DNA of 64,000 nucleotides from a candidate division CPR2 bacterium GW2011_GWC2_39_35 (lineage in GTDB: Bacteria > Patescibacteriota > CPR2), in assembly GCA_000995065.1 (NCBI GenBank), contig LBWX01000001.1, positions 159,563 to 223,562 on the forward strand, in the 5' to 3' direction. Shown one piece after another: positions 58,317-64,000 of the stretch. Numbering within the stretch: the stretch's first letter is position 1; each line of letters opens with the position of its first letter. The notes below the pieces were generated by a model. It was given only the letters and a program-made list of their open reading frames with translations. It did no database searches and was not told where the DNA came from. Made by a program: the position numbers and the translations under genes.

Positions 58317-58377
58317 AATTAACATGTGTCTTGACTAAATAATAGTTTGACTCCATAATTGTAACAAGGAGAGATAA

Positions 58378-58749
58378 ATGCCAAAAATACTACTAGTTGA
58401 AGATGATGTTGCTTTAAGAGATATTTATTCTGCTCGCTTCGGAGCCGAAAGCTATACCGTTTCTGTAGCTTCCGATGGCGAAGAAGCTTTATCCGTAGCT
58501 GTAAAGGACAAACCGGATATTATTCTTCTTGATATTATGATGCCAAAAATTAGTGGCTTTGATGTTTTAGACATCTTAAGAGCGACTCCGGAAACCAAAG
58601 TTACTAAAATTATTGTGATGTCAGCCTTGTCCCAACCTTCGGACATCGAAAAGGGTAAAATGCTAGGCGCCGACGAATACCTTGTAAAATCTCAGGTCAC
58701 TCTATCTGAAGTGGTTGATAAAGTAAAAGAAGTATTAGGCAGAAATTAA
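58378..58749 (+). CDS. Single-domain response regulator
   Basis: VEDD, LLDIMMP, SA, YLVK. Confidence 0.93.
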   Translation: MPKILLVEDDVALRDIYSARFGAESYTVSVASDGEEALSVAVKDKPDIILLDIMMPKISGFDVLDILRATPETKVTKIIVMSALSQPSDIEKGKMLGADEYLVKSQVTLSEVVDKVKEVLGRN

Positions 58750-58840
58750 AAAAATAGACAAGCCAAACAGGATAGAGTAACTTGAAGGCTTGTTTTATTT
58801 TATCTAGAAATTAAGGGAAAAAAGAGGTATAATTAAGCTC

Positions 58841-60142
58841 ATGAAAAGAACACTATCATCTCAAGTTCCAAAATCTATCGGTAAAGAAGTTTTAGTCGAG
58901 GGCTGGATTCACAAAATCCGGAAGCTGGGCGGCATAAATTTCCTGGTAATCCGCGATCGATCCGGACTAGTGCAAGCTATTGTAGGGGGCGAGGAGGCCA
59001 TAGAAAAGCTAAAGGATTTAACAACCGAAACTGTGGTTAAAATTATTGGTAACGTCGTTAAAGAAGACAGGGCTCCTGGTGGGGCAGAAATTCACGTAAC
59101 AACCGTAGAGGTTTTATCGCCGGTAAAAGAAGATCTGCCAGTAGAAATCAATAAGAAAGACCTTAATGTTAATCTGGATACTTTATTCGATTGGCGGCCA
59201 ATTACTTTAAGAGCCCCCAAGCAAAGAGCAATATTTAAGGTCCAAGCCGAGATTCTTTCGGCTTGGAGAGATTTCTTTAAGGAAAACGACTTTACCGAAA
59301 TTAACACTCCGAAAATAGTTGAAGCAGGCGCCGAAACGGGTGGCGCCGAAATGTTCGAGATAAAATATTTTAAGAAGAAAGCATTTCTTGCGCAAAGCCC
59401 ACAACTATATAAGGAGATAATGGCCGGCGTATTTGAACGAGTTTTTGAAACGGCTTATGCCTACAGAGCCGAGCCTCATTCTACATCGAGACATATAAAC
59501 GAATACCTAAGCCTTGATATGGAAATGGGCTTTATAGATAGTTGGATGGATCTTATAAACATTCATCAGGAGTTAATTAAGTTTATTCTAGAAAGCCTCA
59601 AGAAAAATGCCAAAGCCGAATTTGAGCTTTTGGGAGCAACATTGCCCGAATATGTAAAAATTCCGGTAATTAAGCTTCGAGAAGCTCAGGAAATTCTAGA
59701 AAAAGAATATGGGGAAAAATGCGTTGGCGAACCGGATTTAGAACCCCGGCACGAAAAGCAAATCTGTGAGTATTCAAATAAGAAATGGGGAACCGAGTTT
59801 ATCTTTATTACTCACTATCCAAGCAAAAAGCGGCCTTTTTATACAATGGATGATCCGGAAAGCCCCGAAGAAACTTTAAGCTTCGATCTTTTATTTAGAG
59901 GCCTCGAAGTAACAACCGGAAGCCAAAGAATTCATAGATATGAAGATCATTTAGAAAAAATGAGGAAGAGAGGCATGAGCACAAAGGGATTTGAAGATTA
60001 TTTAAACGTCTTTAAATACGGTATGCCGCCTCATGGTGGCTTCTGCCAAGGACTGGAGAGACTAACAGCTCGTTTTCTGGAATTAGATAACGTGAAAGAA
60101 GCCAGCCTATTCCCTAGAGATATGAATAGATTGAGACCATAA
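58841..60142 (+). CDS. aspS: Aspartate--tRNA(Asp/Asn) ligase, short archaeal-type
   Basis: LAQSPQLYK, YRAE, RPFY, GSQR, GMPPHGG..GLER; no GAD insertion. Confidence 0.93.
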   Translation: MKRTLSSQVPKSIGKEVLVEGWIHKIRKLGGINFLVIRDRSGLVQAIVGGEEAIEKLKDLTTETVVKIIGNVVKEDRAPGGAEIHVTTVEVLSPVKEDLPVEINKKDLNVNLDTLFDWRPITLRAPKQRAIFKVQAEILSAWRDFFKENDFTEINTPKIVEAGAETGGAEMFEIKYFKKKAFLAQSPQLYKEIMAGVFERVFETAYAYRAEPHSTSRHINEYLSLDMEMGFIDSWMDLINIHQELIKFILESLKKNAKAEFELLGATLPEYVKIPVIKLREAQEILEKEYGEKCVGEPDLEPRHEKQICEYSNKKWGTEFIFITHYPSKKRPFYTMDDPESPEETLSFDLLFRGLEVTTGSQRIHRYEDHLEKMRKRGMSTKGFEDYLNVFKYGMPPHGGFCQGLERLTARFLELDNVKEASLFPRDMNRLRP

Positions 60143-60323
60143 GAATCCAGAGAAAGAATTAGAATTATGAGTAAAGAATAAAGTATAGGAATAAAAACAA
60201 GCACTCTCAAGCTTAACTCTGCATTTCATGTTCATTATTCTAAATACTTTATACTCAATTCTTTATTCTAGTTTCATTGGTCACATTTTAGCTTATTAAA
60301 CATTTTGCCTGTATAATATGATT

Positions 60324-61019
60324 ATGACCTACACCATAAAAATATTACAATTCGAAGGTCCTCTAGACCTTTTGCTTCAGCTCACCCTGAAAGAAAAGTT
60401 AGAGATTACCGAAGTTTCGCTTTCAAAAATTACCGAGGAGTACTTAACTTATATCGATAAATTTAAAGTAAACGCCGGCCAGCTTGCCGAATTCTTAAAT
60501 ATTTCAAGTAAACTTTTATATTTAAAATCAAGAGCTCTCTTGCCCTCAGTTAAAACCGAGGAAGAGGAAGAAGATATCGAGAAGCTAAAAGATCAGCTCG
60601 AAGAATATAAAAGGTATAAAGAAGCTGCTAAAAAACTGCACGAAATCTTAAATAAAAAAGAAGTTAGTTTTGCCACAAGAGGAAAATCCAAATTTAAGAA
60701 TGATTTTTTTGAACCGCCGTCTGCAGATGCCAAAATTCTCTTAGAAATTTTTAAAAGCGTTTTAAATAAAATGCCCGACCCCGAAAAACTCCCGGAGAAA
60801 AGCGTTATAAAGCAGGTAACTTTAGAAGAAAAGTACGCTGAAATTGAATCAATTCTTAAAAAGAACAAAACCATTGAACTATCGGCTATACTAAAAGAGA
60901 TGAAATCGAAAATAGAAATTGTTATAACTTTCCTTGCAATTCTAGAAATGGTTAAGCAGAAAGTAGTGGTAGTAAAACAAAGTTCAAATTTTTCTGAAGT
61001 AAGTATCATAAAGGTGTAA
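60324..61019 (+). CDS. scpA: Segregation/condensation protein A
   Basis: FEGPLDLLL, KSRALLP, TFLAILE. Confidence 0.93.
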   Translation: MTYTIKILQFEGPLDLLLQLTLKEKLEITEVSLSKITEEYLTYIDKFKVNAGQLAEFLNISSKLLYLKSRALLPSVKTEEEEEDIEKLKDQLEEYKRYKEAAKKLHEILNKKEVSFATRGKSKFKNDFFEPPSADAKILLEIFKSVLNKMPDPEKLPEKSVIKQVTLEEKYAEIESILKKNKTIELSAILKEMKSKIEIVITFLAILEMVKQKVVVVKQSSNFSEVSIIKV

Positions 61020-61022
61020 AGT

Positions 61023-61529
61023 ATGGAATTAAAACAAATCTTAGAAAGCCTGCTTCTAGTAGCCGAGAAACCGGTTTCTCTTGAAGAACTGTGTGTGACG
61101 CTAGAACAAGACAAAGAAACCGTTCTAGAGGCCTTAAATGACCTCACGGAGGAGTTTTCCAGTAAAGGTATCAACATCATCTGCAGCAATGATGAGTTTG
61201 AGATGGTCTCCAGTCCCAAAAACGCTAATTGGGTTATGCGATTTTTAAATCAGGAGTTAAAAAATGACTTAGCTCAATCGGCTTTAGAGGTCTTAGCCAT
61301 TATCCTTTACAAACAACCGATAACCAGAGGCGAAATCGAGCAAATTCGAGGCGTAAATTCGGATCAATCGGTAAGAAATTTGCTTATTAGGGGACTTATC
61401 GAAGAAAAAGGCCGAAAAGATACCCCCGGAAAGCCGATCCTATTCGGCACAAGCATTAATCTTCTAAAACATTTTGGTTTTTCGTCCAAAGAAGACATCC
61501 CGAAACTAGAGGAAATTACTAATGATTAA
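61023..61529 (+). CDS. scpB: Segregation/condensation protein B
   Basis: LE.LAII.YKQP.TR..I..IRGV, PG.P..FGT. Confidence 0.93.
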   Translation: MELKQILESLLLVAEKPVSLEELCVTLEQDKETVLEALNDLTEEFSSKGINIICSNDEFEMVSSPKNANWVMRFLNQELKNDLAQSALEVLAIILYKQPITRGEIEQIRGVNSDQSVRNLLIRGLIEEKGRKDTPGKPILFGTSINLLKHFGFSSKEDIPKLEEITND

Positions 61530-62124
61530 GGCCATCGTTTTTGATTTCGGCGATGTTTTAGCTGATGACGGTTTTAAAATGGCCCGCGAAGCAATCTTGG
61601 ATACCCGTAAGTACCCGCAAGAACTTGTAGATCACGCTTTCGAAAATAACCTATGGCACGATTGGGATAAAGGGCTTGTTCCCTCCAAAGAGTACTGGGA
61701 TGAATTCGCAAAGATTTTAGGCAAAAGAAATATGAGGAAAGTAAAAAAATTCATGGTCAAAAACACTAAGCTAAGACCTAGAATGATTGATTTAGTTAAA
61801 TCTTTAAAAGCCCATTACAAAGTCGGCCTTTTAAGTAACACCGTGCCGGAGTTAAAAAAAGAAGTGAATAAGCTAAACGGTTTGTTCGATGAATTCATCT
61901 TGTCTTATAAAGTGCACATGAGAAAACCTGATAAAGAAATATATCTTTTAACAGCCGAGAAACTAGACTTAAAGCCAGAAGAGTGCCTGTTTATAGATGA
62001 TAGGGAATATGTGTTAGATGCTGCCCTAGAATGTGGATTCGAAGGGATTTTGTTTAAATCCGAAAAGGGGCTTACCCAGGAGCTTAAGGAAAGACAGCTA
62101 TGGAACGAATTAATAAATATTTAG
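61522..62124 (+). CDS. HAD-family phosphatase
   Basis: FDFGDV, LSN, RKPD, FIDD. Confidence 0.9.
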   Translation: MIKAIVFDFGDVLADDGFKMAREAILDTRKYPQELVDHAFENNLWHDWDKGLVPSKEYWDEFAKILGKRNMRKVKKFMVKNTKLRPRMIDLVKSLKAHYKVGLLSNTVPELKKEVNKLNGLFDEFILSYKVHMRKPDKEIYLLTAEKLDLKPEECLFIDDREYVLDAALECGFEGILFKSEKGLTQELKERQLWNELINI

Positions 62125-62786
62125 CAAGAGCAGGGCTCGGATCTAGAAGAAACGTTGAGGAATTAATTCAAAAAGGTATGGTTAAAATTGATGGCGAAAC
62201 GGCCACTTTAACGAGCAAGGTAGCAGAAAACAGCACTGTTGCCGTAAATGATGAAAAAATATCGCCAAAGGAATTAGTTTACTTAGTAATCAACAAGCCC
62301 AAAGGGTACATTACAACCCTTAAAGATCCGTATGCTAAGAAAAAAATAACAGATATTTTGCCGGAAGAATTTAACAATCTCTCTCCGGTAGGAAGACTCG
62401 ATAAAGATACAACCGGACTTTTAATCCTAACAAATGACGGAGACTTAGCTTATAGATTGACTCATCCTAAACATGAAAAAGAGAAGGAATACGTTGTTAA
62501 GGCGATTCCGGAACCAAAAGAAGTAGACTTAGACAAATTAAGAAAAGGGATTTTGCTAGAAGATGGCAAAACAAAACCGGCTAAAATAGCAAAAGAAGAC
62601 AATAAAATAAGCATTATTATTACCGAAGGAAGAAAAAGGCAGATAAGAAGAATGTTTGAGGCAATTGGCTATAAAGTGACAGAATTAAAAAGAATAAGAA
62701 TAGGAAGCTTACTTATTGGTAAGTTAGAAGAAGGGGAGTTTCGTTTTTTAAATAATAAAGAAATTTGCGACCTAAAAAATGACTAA
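62100..62786 (+). CDS. rluB: Pseudouridine synthase, RsuA/RluB family
   Basis: S4 domain, NKPKG, GRLD..T.GLL.LTNDG, EGR.RQIRRM. Confidence 0.85.
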   Translation: MERINKYLARAGLGSRRNVEELIQKGMVKIDGETATLTSKVAENSTVAVNDEKISPKELVYLVINKPKGYITTLKDPYAKKKITDILPEEFNNLSPVGRLDKDTTGLLILTNDGDLAYRLTHPKHEKEKEYVVKAIPEPKEVDLDKLRKGILLEDGKTKPAKIAKEDNKISIIITEGRKRQIRRMFEAIGYKVTELKRIRIGSLLIGKLEEGEFRFLNNKEICDLKND

Positions 62787-63702
62787 AGCCGTAATCATAA
62801 TTTTAATAATCTCAGATTTAATTCTCCCCAAATCCTTAGCTTTAAAAATTGAGGATCATTTTATTAAAAATAATCCGGAGAATGGACAAAAAATCGCTGT
62901 GACTTTAACAAATCAGGTAAAAGGCAAGCCCATCTCTATACACAAAACACCATCAAAGGTTAATGAACAATCTATTTATTCAGGAAGTTCCGAAATTATC
63001 TACGCTATCGATCTGAACACAAATTTTGTTCTGACCGATAAAAATGGGCAACAGAAGTTTCCCATGGCAAGCCTTACCAAATTAATGACAGCTCATATTG
63101 CGTTTAACGAATTAGATCTAAATAAAATCGTCACCGTGCCAAATTACAATCTGAACTCCAAAGATTCCAGAATGGGCCTTATTCCGGGAGAAAAAATGAG
63201 CGTCCGAGATCTGTTATACGGCCTTTTGGTCCAGTCTGCCGGAGATGCTGCCCTTACCTTAGCAAAAGAGATTTCCGGGAATGATACCGAATTTGCAAAA
63301 CTTATGAATGCTAAAGCAAAAGAGATCGACCTCACGGACACCAACTTTACAAATTCAATCGGCATAGATGACTTCAACCATCATTCTACTGCGAAGGATC
63401 TTGCCGGTTTAACACGAACTTTGATCTTAAAAACAGATTTTAGAAACATGGTTAGCTCAAAGAGTTATATTGCAAAAAGCGAGAGCGGATTAACACATGC
63501 TCTTGAAAATACGAACAAACTGTTAGATAATAAGCTCGTTTTTGGGGTAAAGACCGGAAAAACAGATGCCGCCGGCGAATGCTTAATCTCACTCGCAAAA
63601 GTTGGGGATCACGAAATATTAACGGTGGTTATGGGAAGCGCAAATAGATTTACAGAAACCCAAAACCTTATTAACTGGATAAAGGTAAATTACAAATGGT
63701 AG
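62779..63702 (+). CDS. D-alanyl-D-alanine carboxypeptidase (peptidase S11)
   Basis: ASLTK, S.G.AA, KTG. Confidence 0.9.
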   Translation: MTKAVIIILIISDLILPKSLALKIEDHFIKNNPENGQKIAVTLTNQVKGKPISIHKTPSKVNEQSIYSGSSEIIYAIDLNTNFVLTDKNGQQKFPMASLTKLMTAHIAFNELDLNKIVTVPNYNLNSKDSRMGLIPGEKMSVRDLLYGLLVQSAGDAALTLAKEISGNDTEFAKLMNAKAKEIDLTDTNFTNSIGIDDFNHHSTAKDLAGLTRTLILKTDFRNMVSSKSYIAKSESGLTHALENTNKLLDNKLVFGVKTGKTDAAGECLISLAKVGDHEILTVVMGSANRFTETQNLINWIKVNYKW

Positions 63703-64000
63703 AAGAAATATCTTACAAACCAATCGTCACAATCGTTGGCAGGCCTAATGTAGGCAAGTCAACTTTATTTAACAGAATTTCCGGCAAAAGAACTGCCATA
63801 ACTTCAGAAGAACCCGGCACCACCAGAGATCGCCTTTATGATGCCGTTACTTGGAATAAAAAAGAATTTATCTTGGTGGATACGGCCGGAATCGAAACCG
63901 AGCTTGAAGACGAATTAGCTGAAGACATTAGAATGCAAATTGATGTCGCCTTAGACGAAGCAGATTATTTTGTATTTGCTGTAGATGCCCAAACCGGTAT
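63696..64000 (+). CDS. der: Ribosome biogenesis GTPase Der (partial, runs off the window)
   Basis: [25 protein letters not shown]. Confidence 0.93.
   Translation, partial: MVEEISYKPIVTIVGRPNVGKSTLFNRISGKRTAITSEEPGTTRDRLYDAVTWNKKEFILVDTAGIETELEDELAEDIRMQIDVALDEADYFVFAVDAQTG

Noticed and set aside
60593-61219. 208-aa antisense ORF and many similar short antisense ORFs
   Set aside because: Shadows of well-supported genes on the opposite strand
1-64000. CRISPR array, cas genes, rRNA operon, reverse transcriptase or prophage
   Set aside because: No regularly spaced repeats or diagnostic genes were seen

Overview
A low-GC bacterial chromosome segment whose gene content points to a Patescibacteria/CPR organism (inferred from the short archaeal-type AspRS, the CPR-style CAP protein, DUF5679 and the sparse biosynthetic genes). 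Backbone genes include yhaM, a NYN nuclease, a P-type ATPase, gltX, ispG/ispH, prs, a PIF1 helicase, htpX, typA/bipA, a DEAD-box helicase, an ABC exporter, trxB, lon, a two-component pair, aspS, scpAB, an RsuA/RluB-family synthase and the start of der, plus tRNA-Gln(CTG) and tRNA-Glu(CTC). An ~11.4 kb island (about 8387-19832) is integrated at tRNA-Gln by a large serine recombinase whose C-terminus appears to be exchanged on integration. An IS481-family element splits the small gene upstream of that recombinase. The most unusual signal is an unannotated ~283-nt minus-strand RNA (37759 to 37477) between typA and the DEAD-box helicase. It has its own near-consensus sigma70 promoter, paired 5' and 3' ends, a tRNA-type T-arm, and an ~89-nt module that matches the 23S rRNA L1 stalk (H76-H78) without gaps and with compensatory base changes. 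That rRNA comparison is from memory and needs a covariance-model check.
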